Shown here: in pieces, positions 9,069 to 18,495 of the stretch | Layout of the letters: each line of letters starts with the position of its first letter | Position numbering within the stretch: position 1 is the stretch's first letter | Assembly: GCA_037305845.1 (NCBI GenBank) | Contig: CP147778.1 | Coordinates: forward strand, 1,248,001-1,312,000 | DNA: 64,000 nt | Source of the DNA: Candidatus Freyarchaeum deiterrae | GTDB taxonomy: Archaea > Asgardarchaeota > Jordiarchaeia > Jordiarchaeales > Jordiarchaeaceae | Direction of reading: 5' to 3' | The notes under the pieces: generated by a model | Databases searched by the model: none | Seen by the model: the letters and a program-made list of their open reading frames with translations, nothing else | Told to the model about the DNA's origin: nothing | Translations under genes and position numbers: made by a program

Positions 9069-10241
9069 TTAGCTAGATTTTTTATAAGCAGTTTGACTCA
9101 TCTTGATTCTCTTATTTATGGTATTTCCTTCGTTATCTTCGAAGACCAATTGGAAACTTTGAACATTTTTTTCACGTAATTCATAGTTTAATTCTACTTC
9201 TTTTCCTTCAGGCACCTTTTTGATTCCCAGCATGAAAGGAGCGGTTTCGAATAGTTCCTCTTTTATTCCCACTACTTTTATGGTGACTCCTTTGAGTTCT
9301 TGTTTTGCGTTATTAGTCACAGACATACTTAAGTTGTCTTTATCTTTTTGTTCTACTGAAACCTCTAATGATTGTGGTAATATCTTCCCTTTCAAGATAC
9401 CCTGAGCTTTTGATTCCTCAAACAATCCTTCTTCTTTGACTGGCGGTAATATTATGTTTATGGGTATCTGGAATTTAATACTTTCACCAGTAATCTTTGT
9501 ACATGTGATGTCAAGGTACCAGTAGGAGTAAGCTCCGAATGTTTGGGACCATTGAGTTCTTTCGGTGGGCTCCCACAAATAGTTGTAGCTATGCTCGGCG
9601 TACTGCGGTACCCTAATAGATAGATAGCCCTGTGTGGGGTTCTTTTCCTCAACGGTAGTTAAAGTCTCCGGAGGGTTCTTTTTAATATGAACACAAACGT
9701 TTGCGTATTTTGGGCAAGAACAATTAATGTTCGAGTCGTTAACCAGATCTACTGTTAATAGCTTTAGTCCCTCGGTTTTATAATTCAGTTTAATTACCTC
9801 ACCGGGTAGAACTGCATCCTTTTCGATGCTGAAGCCCATACCCTTTATAGTGATAGAAACAGGATTAGGTTCAAATTTTTGTTCCGATCTTATCTTTATT
9901 GGTTCTTCTGTGACAATTTTGAATGCTTCACCGTGTTTATCTGGGTGTCCCACTGATAGAGTTGCTCTGATAAGGTAGTGCACATTTTTTCGAATAAGTG
10001 TGGGGACAGCTCTTCTGCTTATGGTGAGTTCACGTTCTCGAAGGTAAGTTCCGTTTTCAAAAAGGCCTTCACAGAATATTTCACTTGTGGATAAGGGAAG
10101 TTCATTTCCACAAGGTAGGTTAGTGAGGAGTGTCACCCCACCCCACCAAACCTTTGTATCCTCTGCGAAGTCAAACTTTGCTATGGTCCTTATGTTGGAA
10201 CCAGCCGCTGCAGACTCTTTTGCGCGCACCTCTATTGACAT
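9069..10241 (-). CDS. Arrestin/Vps26-fold-like protein with C-terminal shared beta-sandwich domain
   Basis: Two arrestin-type halves (LTISRRAVPTL...VHYLIRATL; VLPGEVIKL...IRVPQYAEHS...WYLDI...QIPINI). C-terminal NN...EELFET domain. Confidence 0.55.
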   Translation of the reverse strand: MSIEVRAKESAAAGSNIRTIAKFDFAEDTKVWWGGVTLLTNLPCGNELPLSTSEIFCEGLFENGTYLRERELTISRRAVPTLIRKNVHYLIRATLSVGHPDKHGEAFKIVTEEPIKIRSEQKFEPNPVSITIKGMGFSIEKDAVLPGEVIKLNYKTEGLKLLTVDLVNDSNINCSCPKYANVCVHIKKNPPETLTTVEEKNPTQGYLSIRVPQYAEHSYNYLWEPTERTQWSQTFGAYSYWYLDITCTKITGESIKFQIPINIILPPVKEEGLFEESKAQGILKGKILPQSLEVSVEQKDKDNLSMSVTNNAKQELKGVTIKVVGIKEELFETAPFMLGIKKVPEGKEVELNYELREKNVQSFQLVFEDNEGNTINKRIKMSQTAYKKSS

Positions 10242-10277
10242 TAATAACTACCCTAAAGATTGAATTATTAATATTTT

Positions 10278-11195
10278 TTATCCACCCTCGGAGTGGGCTC
10301 TAACTACAAGGTCAGCAAACATAGACATGTCAGATAGCAGTGAGTCGATTTTCTCCTGCGCGCTCTTGTCCAGCTCTTGAGTTTTCATTATTAGTACAGC
10401 TATTATGAATTTGAATACGTGTAAGGAAATCTCTTTATCTCCTTCTAATCCGTGCCCAGAAAATTCAGCGGATTCGGACATGAAGAAGTTTTCCCTAAGA
10501 TTATTACACGCGCTTATGAAATCTCTCAAGTCACCTCTCAGCTGCAATCCTGTGCTAATTCCCTGAACGTTGTGTACAATCACGTTACCCGAAGTATCGC
10601 TGATGATAATTCTGGCAGGAATTTCACTCAACTGTTTCTGAGCAGTCTCAACATGCTTTTCCAGAGACTTGTAACTAGATACCATTATGTCACGAAAGAT
10701 TTCGGCGAGCCTTTCCTGCTCATAAATGGAGGTAACATGATAAACAGGATTCCATTCGGCGAACAAATCTAGGAATACGCCCTTAGCCATTTCGAGATTG
10801 GTATCAAGAAGTTCTTTCTCGTAGTCTTGTATGTCATACTTGTGGAAGAAAATATGTACTGCTGGTTTAATCTTATTCTTCTTAAAGAGGTTCATTATAT
10901 CGGTAAAGTATTTCTTTGCCTCATCGAAACTCTCAGGCTCATGAAGATCTATAATGGGAATTAGAATATCAGTTCCTGAAAATACCTTTGGATCATTCAT
11001 GTAAGATTCTCGGTACTGTTCCTGACCTCCGAAATCAAATATCGAAACTTCCAAACCTAGGAAGGGGTGTCTTCTTATCTCATACATTATAGTCGGCGCT
11101 GCACCTTTGGTTTGTTCTGGTTTTCTGCCAGCAAATGTAGCCATGTATATGCTTGTTTTCCCACATCCTGATAAACCAACTAATGAGATTTTCAA
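10278..11195 (-). CDS. Rag/Gtr-like small GTPase with C-terminal roadblock-like domain
   Basis: G1 GLSGCGKTS, G2 APT, G3 DFGGQ, G4 HKYD, G5 TSIY. C-terminal IIISDTSGNVIVHN. TTG start after GGAGGT (track start 11231). Confidence 0.85.
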   Translation of the reverse strand: MKISLVGLSGCGKTSIYMATFAGRKPEQTKGAAPTIMYEIRRHPFLGLEVSIFDFGGQEQYRESYMNDPKVFSGTDILIPIIDLHEPESFDEAKKYFTDIMNLFKKNKIKPAVHIFFHKYDIQDYEKELLDTNLEMAKGVFLDLFAEWNPVYHVTSIYEQERLAEIFRDIMVSSYKSLEKHVETAQKQLSEIPARIIISDTSGNVIVHNVQGISTGLQLRGDLRDFISACNNLRENFFMSESAEFSGHGLEGDKEISLHVFKFIIAVLIMKTQELDKSAQEKIDSLLSDMSMFADLVVRAHSEGG

Positions 11196-11240
11196 TGCTT
11201 CTACCTCCGCACACATTAGATTCAAATTCATATTTAACGT

Positions 11241-12743
11241 TTATTCTTCCGATTTTTTACCTTCAATTTCTTTTACACTAAGCTTTTGCGACAGAATAGT
11301 TCCCTGCCTGTCAGAAATAACTAACAGGTATTCCTTATCATCCTTAGCCCTTGGATAAGTAAATTCGAGCTCTTCAAACGGATACCATGTTTCAATATCC
11401 GTTTCCCAAGCGTTGGTCTCAAATAAATCTTCCAAGTGAGTAATCCTCACTTTCACATTACTTATCGTCTTTCCCGAATTATTCGCTAAAGTTAATTGAA
11501 GCATAGTATTGCCATCGACAAACTGAGCCTCTGAAACCTTTAGCAGCTTTTTAAGAGCACGCTCAACTACATTTTCCTTTTCTGGAGGCGTATCCTCAGC
11601 TAAAGGTATAGCTCCCTTTCGTTCCACAGGTTCTGGAACCCCTGCTGTTGTTTGAACATACTTCAGAACATAGGTGTGACGCCGTTTCTCAGTATACATT
11701 TGTACCTTTTTTAACCTCGCAAGGTTCAGAACCTTTTGAAGACCTTCCCTGTCTAAAGGCTTTAGAGTCAAGTAGCCGTTTTCCACAGCGTCCTCCAGAA
11801 GCTCATTAGCCACGCCTGTCCGAACTAGTATCGTTGAGTACCCCTCAGAAGAGCCCACGCTACCAACTGATATATCCGCCATTTCTGAAGTAAGATCTCG
11901 ACAGTAGTGACAACTCGTCGAACGAAACTTATCAAGCTCCTTAACAGGCCAACCACTAGTCTTATCAGAATCATAAAATATGTTAAACTTCCCAGAAGCG
12001 ATACTCATCTTATGAATAGAACTCAGAGGAATCCCCTGTTCTCCCTCAAAAAAGTCCTTAATCCCCTCATAAGTGAAGGAGTCCATACAAAACAGCCCAA
12101 CTTTAAGAATCTTAGACTTCATGAACAATTGAAGCAAGCCAAAGGGTTGGGACTGCATCTTAGCAACAGCATCAATATTACAAGGAGTACCGACAAATGC
12201 TATGGAACGATATCCCTTGTTTATCGCATCTACCATGGCTTCAACCGTCTGACTGTGAGAATAAACACTACCCGAAGACTTTAGAAGCTCCTCAGAACTG
12301 GTAACAATCCTCGCAACAGGCTTCCAAGGCTCCTCCTCACTCTTCATAGTAACAATCGCCGCATCTATTAAACCTTTATCCAGAGCGTACGACAAAAGAG
12401 AAGTAACAACACCACCATCTTGACCCTTCACCTTATCCAAAGCAGACTTGCCAACAAAAGCCGCAACATAGTCACCAACCAAAGACTTAATCGAAGTAAT
12501 CGTACGAGGGCAGTGTCTGTAGCATATGCCACAAGCCGTGCATTTTCCGACTAGCTTTGGCGTCTCATCCTCCATTACGAGGGCATGTTCCGGGCAAATG
12601 CTGATGCAGGTTCCGCAGCATGTGCAAACGCCGCTTCTTATTACTTCTTGGCTTAAGCGTCCGAAGTTTTCGAGTTTTTTTACTTTTAAAAGCCTTTCAG
12701 GAAATGTGTAGCTTATGTACCCTTTTTCCTCCTCATTTATCAT
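11241..12743 (-). CDS. FrhB-family Fe-S/F420-binding protein with C-terminal shared beta-sandwich domain
   Basis: CTCCGTCISICP, CTACGICYRHCP, QDGGVVTSLL, GTPCNI, GLFCMD, CHYCRD, ADISVGSVGS; about 130-aa C-terminal extension. ATG 12743 after GGAG (track start 12785). Confidence 0.85.
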   Translation of the reverse strand: MINEEEKGYISYTFPERLLKVKKLENFGRLSQEVIRSGVCTCCGTCISICPEHALVMEDETPKLVGKCTACGICYRHCPRTITSIKSLVGDYVAAFVGKSALDKVKGQDGGVVTSLLSYALDKGLIDAAIVTMKSEEEPWKPVARIVTSSEELLKSSGSVYSHSQTVEAMVDAINKGYRSIAFVGTPCNIDAVAKMQSQPFGLLQLFMKSKILKVGLFCMDSFTYEGIKDFFEGEQGIPLSSIHKMSIASGKFNIFYDSDKTSGWPVKELDKFRSTSCHYCRDLTSEMADISVGSVGSSEGYSTILVRTGVANELLEDAVENGYLTLKPLDREGLQKVLNLARLKKVQMYTEKRRHTYVLKYVQTTAGVPEPVERKGAIPLAEDTPPEKENVVERALKKLLKVSEAQFVDGNTMLQLTLANNSGKTISNVKVRITHLEDLFETNAWETDIETWYPFEELEFTYPRAKDDKEYLLVISDRQGTILSQKLSVKEIEGKKSEE

Positions 12744-13057
12744 ATTTTTCTCTCTCCTTTCACTAGTTTTCTCCGCTTTTTTCAAACGTAAATCCAGTCT
12801 TGCGATAACAATCTGTTGAGATTTGAGTATAGTTTTAATTCATTCCCACTATAGTTTGAATTGTATTATCGTCCAGTATATAAATTTTTTAGAAGACCCT
12901 TAGATTTACGTCGAAGAAGTTTGTAAATTTCAATATTACACATTTTTTCGTACTTAATACCTTTTCGATTGCCCAAAAAGGCTTAAAAAATGGTTTGTTT
13001 AGGGCGGAATTCGTCTATTTTTAGAACAAATTCATGTTTTAGAATGGAATTAGAAGG

Positions 13058-15079
13058 CTACTGTTCTTTAGATGGCCAAATAAAAACAGCCACAACCGCG
13101 CAGATGAGGAAAGGAGTTAATAAAAGCATAGTTCCCAGAGAAAAGAGGGAATTCTCCGTAGGAATCATTGTTATAGCCAAGATTATGGGAGTTACGGCTG
13201 GTGTTTGAACGCTTACGCTTTGGGCGTCTGAGAAGGTTTGATAGCCCTGTGAATCTGTTGCGCTGGCATAGAATACCATACTATTATTATTGAAGTAGGA
13301 GGAATCAATAACGAAGCTATAAGAGCCGTTAAGCAGGGGTATCGAATCAACGATTACTTTGTGATAATCGGTTACGACGAGTTCTAAGCTAATTACCCCT
13401 TGAGGATTACTGCAACATACATTGATGGTGAATTGATCTCCGGGGTTAATTTTACTGGGAGCATTTATGATGAAAGTTGTAGGTTGGTCTGTTGTCGTGC
13501 CCACGGTCAGAACAGTTGTGTTATACAGAAAATTGGGCTTTGTCACTATAATGCTATAATTCCCAGTCTGGGGTGCAGGGATTCTTATATTACCATTCGA
13601 GTCGGTAAGGTATGTGTGGTAATAACCCGTTCCCTGAATGCTAACCAAAGCTCCATTTACTGGGCTTCCCCCGTTACTCTGAATACTGATTTGCATTAAC
13701 TTTCCGGGGATTGGTGTAGATTCGGATATAATGCTCATATTTTGGGGGGTGCTGGTCCAGATTGGAAGTTCTGGGTCTCCCAGGAGATTGTAATCTAGGA
13801 ACTCTTGTCGGTACTCATAGTTTTGAGCCAGATTTGTTAAACCAACATCCTGATAGTATTGATACTTGCTCTGGTACAATGTATATCCTGGACGCTGGGA
13901 AAATAAGCCGTCGTTAGTTTTGAGAAGTGTTCCAAAGAATAACGCGTCTAAAAGAGAATCCGACAGGTCATTAATGTTATCCCCGCCAAAGCTTGTTCTC
14001 GCGGCCCCAATGTACGATACCGCTCCACCATTTGGATTTTTTAGCATGGCGCTTCCTATACTGTTCCCTGCATCCAGCTGTGCAGTTTCACAAGCTGAAG
14101 CAAAAACCATAGGCAATTCATAACCATTACTTGAACTCGCAGCATCCGTAGATGTATAGTAACTAGTGCCATATTCATCCCTTGAAACTGCTGTGGCTGA
14201 ACCGTGGGAGCAGAAGTTAACTATCGCGCTCCCATCATTTATTGCAGTAATAAAGTTGGCCTCAGTTAAATTATTATAATAATAAGGTGGATTATTGTCC
14301 CAAAATAGACTAGTAAAGGTCATGTTTAGTTCGGGAGGGATGACATAGTCACGGATATAACTTTCGATTCTCCACCCCTGGATATCACTACTTATTTCTC
14401 CTCCCGCAAAAACTGCTGTTTGCATCCAGTTCCCTGTGATATTTCCTAGGTCCTCTTCGTAGGTGAGCGTCTTGTTTATCATGGTTCCAAGTTCATTCGT
14501 GTTTGAGGCGGGCAGTCTTCCAACATATAGTTCCGGAATCCAATCCATACTACCGAACGCCCCATAGTTCCCGTCTCCATTATTGTCAAAGGTTCCATTC
14601 AAAGCCGCATAGTAATAATCGCTGGGAATAAGACCGTCTGGCGATCCGATATTGAAATATCTTGTTGGGATTAAAGTTGTATCTCCTGCTAATAGAACCC
14701 ATTGAATATTCCAATGGTTATATGCGTCTATCAGAAAGTTACGTATTTTTTCGGGTAGGTCTCTTCCAGTGTAGTTGTTGTTGATATAGGTTGTGTTAAA
14801 TATGGCGGTAGGTATGCCTTTCTGGGTTTTCCATTCCGCGAACTGTAAGAGATTAGTGTTGTTATCCCAGCCCGGCGGAGTTATTATTACGTATTGTGTG
14901 GTGTTTGTTTTCAGAATGATTGGCGTGGGAATGTTTTGTATTTGCTTATTTTGTTGATTTTGTGAAGTAGCCAGCGGAACCCAAGAATTAGGAGTAGGAA
15001 GGAATAGCAGGGGAACTGCTATAGTTATCAGAACTAATATGAAAGCTAGTTTTACGTAGGAAAATTTCAAGCCAATCAC
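13058..15079 (-). CDS. Membrane-anchored C25 (gingipain-family) cysteine peptidase
   Basis: WKTQKG, VLLAGD, SDYYY, ELYVGRLP, catalytic SHG and SAC, LLGDPEL. N- and C-terminal hydrophobic segments; many N-x-S/T sequons. Confidence 0.88.
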   Translation of the reverse strand: MIGLKFSYVKLAFILVLITIAVPLLFLPTPNSWVPLATSQNQQNKQIQNIPTPIILKTNTTQYVIITPPGWDNNTNLLQFAEWKTQKGIPTAIFNTTYINNNYTGRDLPEKIRNFLIDAYNHWNIQWVLLAGDTTLIPTRYFNIGSPDGLIPSDYYYAALNGTFDNNGDGNYGAFGSMDWIPELYVGRLPASNTNELGTMINKTLTYEEDLGNITGNWMQTAVFAGGEISSDIQGWRIESYIRDYVIPPELNMTFTSLFWDNNPPYYYNNLTEANFITAINDGSAIVNFCSHGSATAVSRDEYGTSYYTSTDAASSSNGYELPMVFASACETAQLDAGNSIGSAMLKNPNGGAVSYIGAARTSFGGDNINDLSDSLLDALFFGTLLKTNDGLFSQRPGYTLYQSKYQYYQDVGLTNLAQNYEYRQEFLDYNLLGDPELPIWTSTPQNMSIISESTPIPGKLMQISIQSNGGSPVNGALVSIQGTGYYHTYLTDSNGNIRIPAPQTGNYSIIVTKPNFLYNTTVLTVGTTTDQPTTFIINAPSKINPGDQFTINVCCSNPQGVISLELVVTDYHKVIVDSIPLLNGSYSFVIDSSYFNNNSMVFYASATDSQGYQTFSDAQSVSVQTPAVTPIILAITMIPTENSLFSLGTMLLLTPFLICAVVAVFIWPSKEQ

Positions 15080-15207
15080 TCTTGTTTTTATAAAAAAAAC
15101 AACGCATCAGGGGTAATTTAATTTTGTGTTGTAAGCATTTGATGAATTTTCATGAAGTTTTACGAGATTATTATGTTTTTGGTTTTTTGATAATTTTTGG
15201 TGGCTTT

Positions 15208-16257
15208 TTATTTCATTTCTTTTATTGAGATTCTTTTTACTAGTAGTTTTTGGGCTCCTTCTTCGATTTTTAGAATGTATTCGCCGTCATTGTCAACGCG
15301 AGGGTACTGGAAAACTAGTTCTTCGTAGGGGAACCAGATTTCGACCATTGTGTCCCAGGAGTATGTTTCGAAGAATTCTTCGATATGTGCTATGGATATT
15401 TTAATGCTATCTAAGCTTTTTTCGGAGTTGTTTTTGACAGTTATTTTCAGTTTTTTCTTGTTGTCAGCGAATTCAACACCTACCAGTTCTACGGGGCTTT
15501 CAGGAATGTGTTCAACGGCTCTCGTCTCTATTGCGCTTTTTCCGGATAATTCAACAGACCTTGCCTGTGGGCCGGTGACGCCGTACATATTGTTAAGAAG
15601 GAAGTATACTAGATTTTTCTGTTTCTCTACATCACTCTGTAGAGCATCCATTAATTCGGTGGATATTACGGGTATGGAAATGTCACATAGGTTTGAGAGA
15701 GTGTTTTCTACTTCTTCCCCGTCTTTGATATTTTTATGGTCTTCTTCGTTTTTTATGGGTTTGGTGCAGGCTAGGTCTTTCTCTATGAGTAAGTAGAGTT
15801 TGTCCTTCACATTTTCTTTGATTTTTTTGAGCAAAACGCTGAGTAGCATATCTCCTAATGGTTTGGCTACGCCAACTGGTACACTAACTATGAGGACGAA
15901 GACCTCTTCTGTTTCTGGGGACATGCCCGCTCTTTGTTTTTCTCTAGCTGATTTCGCCTTGAACTTTGTGGCGGCGTACACCTTCCCCCCAAATTCTAGG
16001 TCAACTCGATTCAGTCCCTCTTCTTTGAAGTCCTCTGCGCCAAGCCACCACACAGGATGCTTTTGGATTATCCTCAGTGTTTCTGTGTCATTCTTCAGGT
16101 TCTCTGGGCATGTAAACAAAGCGAGGTGCCCTTTGGCCTCATGGAAGTAGCATAGGTAAATTCCTATCAAACCCTCAAAAGTGTTGGTAGGAGGCTCTTC
16201 CCTCTTGCGCTCTAGTTCAAGGTCGTCGATTTCATTACTATTCGGATTTTTAGACAT
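15208..16257 (-). CDS. uDENN/longin-like protein (folliculin/NPRL2-type N-terminus) with C-terminal shared beta-sandwich domain
   Basis: GIYLCYFHEAKGHLALFTCP fits the longin/uDENN F-x(4)-G-x(6)-P hairpin. C-terminus aligns without gaps to that of 11241..12743. Confidence 0.6.
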   Translation of the reverse strand: MSKNPNSNEIDDLELERKREEPPTNTFEGLIGIYLCYFHEAKGHLALFTCPENLKNDTETLRIIQKHPVWWLGAEDFKEEGLNRVDLEFGGKVYAATKFKAKSAREKQRAGMSPETEEVFVLIVSVPVGVAKPLGDMLLSVLLKKIKENVKDKLYLLIEKDLACTKPIKNEEDHKNIKDGEEVENTLSNLCDISIPVISTELMDALQSDVEKQKNLVYFLLNNMYGVTGPQARSVELSGKSAIETRAVEHIPESPVELVGVEFADNKKKLKITVKNNSEKSLDSIKISIAHIEEFFETYSWDTMVEIWFPYEELVFQYPRVDNDGEYILKIEEGAQKLLVKRISIKEMK

Positions 16258-16368
16258 TTTAATGCACCAGAGGTAAATAGTGAATTAATGATAGCGGATT
16301 CATTTCTTGTATTATACGCTTCCCCATTTCTTAATTCTCGAGTTATGGAGTTTAGATTGTTTTTTATT

Positions 16369-16836
16369 TTAGGTGTCTGTTTCGGGGGTTTGTTTTTCCG
16401 TTGAATCCTTTGGTTGTAACTCGATTTCGTAATATCTTGTGTATTTCTTAAATTTGTCGACCCATCTTTTACTGATGACTCCTATGATTTTGCCTTCATT
16501 GTCTACCACTCCAACACGCTTCACCTTTGTTTTTTCAAATAGAGTTCTTAACTCCTCAATCGAAGCGTTGGGGCCCACTGTTATAATGTCCTTAACCATT
16601 ACATCTCCTGCTTTATAACGCCTAGGATCTTTTTCTTTAGCCACCAGTCGGAATACAATGCCGTCCGTGATTAAGCCGACAACCCTTTCTTCATCATCTT
16701 TTACGAATACCGAGCTGATCCAGTTATCCACCATCAGCTGCGCCACTTTGGGAAGGGAGTCGGAAACATGGCAGGTTACCACTTCACGGCTCATGGCATT
16801 GACTATTGAAAACTTGTCTTTATCATCAGTCGACAA
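16369..16836 (-). CDS. Stand-alone CBS-pair protein
   Basis: AMSREVVT...VVGLITDG and VMVKDIITV...VVDNEGKIIGVIS. TTG start after GGTGG (track start 16875). Confidence 0.88.
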   Translation of the reverse strand: MSTDDKDKFSIVNAMSREVVTCHVSDSLPKVAQLMVDNWISSVFVKDDEERVVGLITDGIVFRLVAKEKDPRRYKAGDVMVKDIITVGPNASIEELRTLFEKTKVKRVGVVDNEGKIIGVISKRWVDKFKKYTRYYEIELQPKDSTEKQTPETDT

Positions 16837-17071
16837 TCTAAGACCACCAAGACCTTTGTGAATACATGAATACAACTATAAATTTAGCTTTTTATACCTT
16901 TTTAAGGCGACAGCATAAACTACTCTGTGCCTCGCACATGTTTTTGCAAATAGGGGGAATATAAATGTTTATCAATTCGTATTCTTCCTTTAGGTTGAAA
17001 AATTGAGGATAGAGTTAAAATCTGATTAGGTTTGTTAAATTAATTAAAATCCTGTTTTGGAGGGCGAAGTA

Positions 17072-18451
17072 ATGGTATTTAAACACCAGTACATACCAGC
17101 AACCGAAGATGACAAAAAGACAATGTTAGATGAGCTTGGAATCAAAAGTGTGGATGAGTTATACAGGGATATTCCGCATAAAATAAGGTTGAATAAGCGA
17201 CTTGATCTCCCTGAACCACTTGTAGAAGTTGATTTGAAGCGAAGTATTGAAAGTTTAGTGAACAGGAATGTTACTCATAAGGATATTCCTGTTTTTCTGG
17301 GTTCGGGTGTATGGCTCCATTATGTACCAGCGGTTGTGAAGACGCTTACGTTTCTTCCCGAGTTTCAAACTTCTTACACTCCTTATCAGTCGGAGGTGTC
17401 TCAGGGGATTCTTCAGGCACTCTTTGAGTATCAGAGCATGATATGCGAGATAACGGGTATGGACATAGCGAATGCTTCAATGTACGATTGGGCGTCTGCA
17501 CTCGGTGAGGCTGCACTGATGGCGGGAAGAGTGACAAAGAGGGAGGAGTTTCTAGTTCCGAGAATAATCCATCCTGAAAGAAAAGCCGCTCTCGAAACAT
17601 ACACCTATAAAATAATGAATGTTAGAGAGGTTCCCTATGTAAGCGAGACTGGAGTTATCGATATCAACGCCTTGGAAAGCATGGTTTCTAAAAAAACTGC
17701 GGGAATATACATAGAGAACCCCAATTATCTCGGAGTAATAGAGTTTGAAGTTGCCGAAATAGGCAGAATAGCTCGTGAAAACGACACACTGTTCGTTGTG
17801 GGGGTCGATCCAACATCTTTGGGTGTTCTAGCTCCTCCGGGAGAGTATGGAGCGGACATTGTGATAGGCGAGGGACAACCGCTTGGTATTGATCCGTCTT
17901 TTGGGGGGCCCCTAATCGGCTTATTCGCGTGCCGAGAGGACAAGACGTTGATGAGGAATATGCCAGGGAGGCTTATCGGTATGACCGAGGATGCGGAGGG
18001 AAATCGCTGTTATACAATAACGCTGCAAACCAGAGAGCAGCACATCCGTAGGGAAAGAGCTACGAGTAACATTTGCTCCAATGAGGCACTCTGTGCGGTT
18101 CAGGTGGCAATATATCTTGCTTGTGTAGGCCCTTGTGGATTGACTCAGCTGGGGGAAACTTGTATGGCAAATTCGAGATACGTAATGCGAAGGATAAATG
18201 AAATCGATGGATTTAAAGCGCCCCTTTTTGATTCAACTCATTTTAAGGAGTTCACAGTTAGCTCTCAGAAACCCGTTGATGAGGTTCATAAAAAGCTGTT
18301 GGAAATGGGAGTCCACGGGGGTAAAATTATTAAAGGTGAATTTCCGGAGCTCGGTGAAACAAGTCTATACTGCGTAACAGAGATTCACACCGTTGAAGAG
18401 ATGGACAAATTAGTTGAAGCGCTGACAGAAATTTCTCGCAACCCGGGATAG
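17072..18451 (+). CDS. gcvPA: Glycine dehydrogenase (decarboxylating) subunit 1
   Basis: TSYTPYQSEVSQG, NASMYD, TREQHIRRERATSNICSN. ATG 17072 after GGAGG. Confidence 0.96.
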   Translation: MVFKHQYIPATEDDKKTMLDELGIKSVDELYRDIPHKIRLNKRLDLPEPLVEVDLKRSIESLVNRNVTHKDIPVFLGSGVWLHYVPAVVKTLTFLPEFQTSYTPYQSEVSQGILQALFEYQSMICEITGMDIANASMYDWASALGEAALMAGRVTKREEFLVPRIIHPERKAALETYTYKIMNVREVPYVSETGVIDINALESMVSKKTAGIYIENPNYLGVIEFEVAEIGRIARENDTLFVVGVDPTSLGVLAPPGEYGADIVIGEGQPLGIDPSFGGPLIGLFACREDKTLMRNMPGRLIGMTEDAEGNRCYTITLQTREQHIRRERATSNICSNEALCAVQVAIYLACVGPCGLTQLGETCMANSRYVMRRINEIDGFKAPLFDSTHFKEFTVSSQKPVDEVHKKLLEMGVHGGKIIKGEFPELGETSLYCVTEIHTVEEMDKLVEALTEISRNPG

Positions 18452-18495
18452 GCAGCTAAAATTAGTAACTGCCAAAAGTTAGAGGAGATTAAAAA

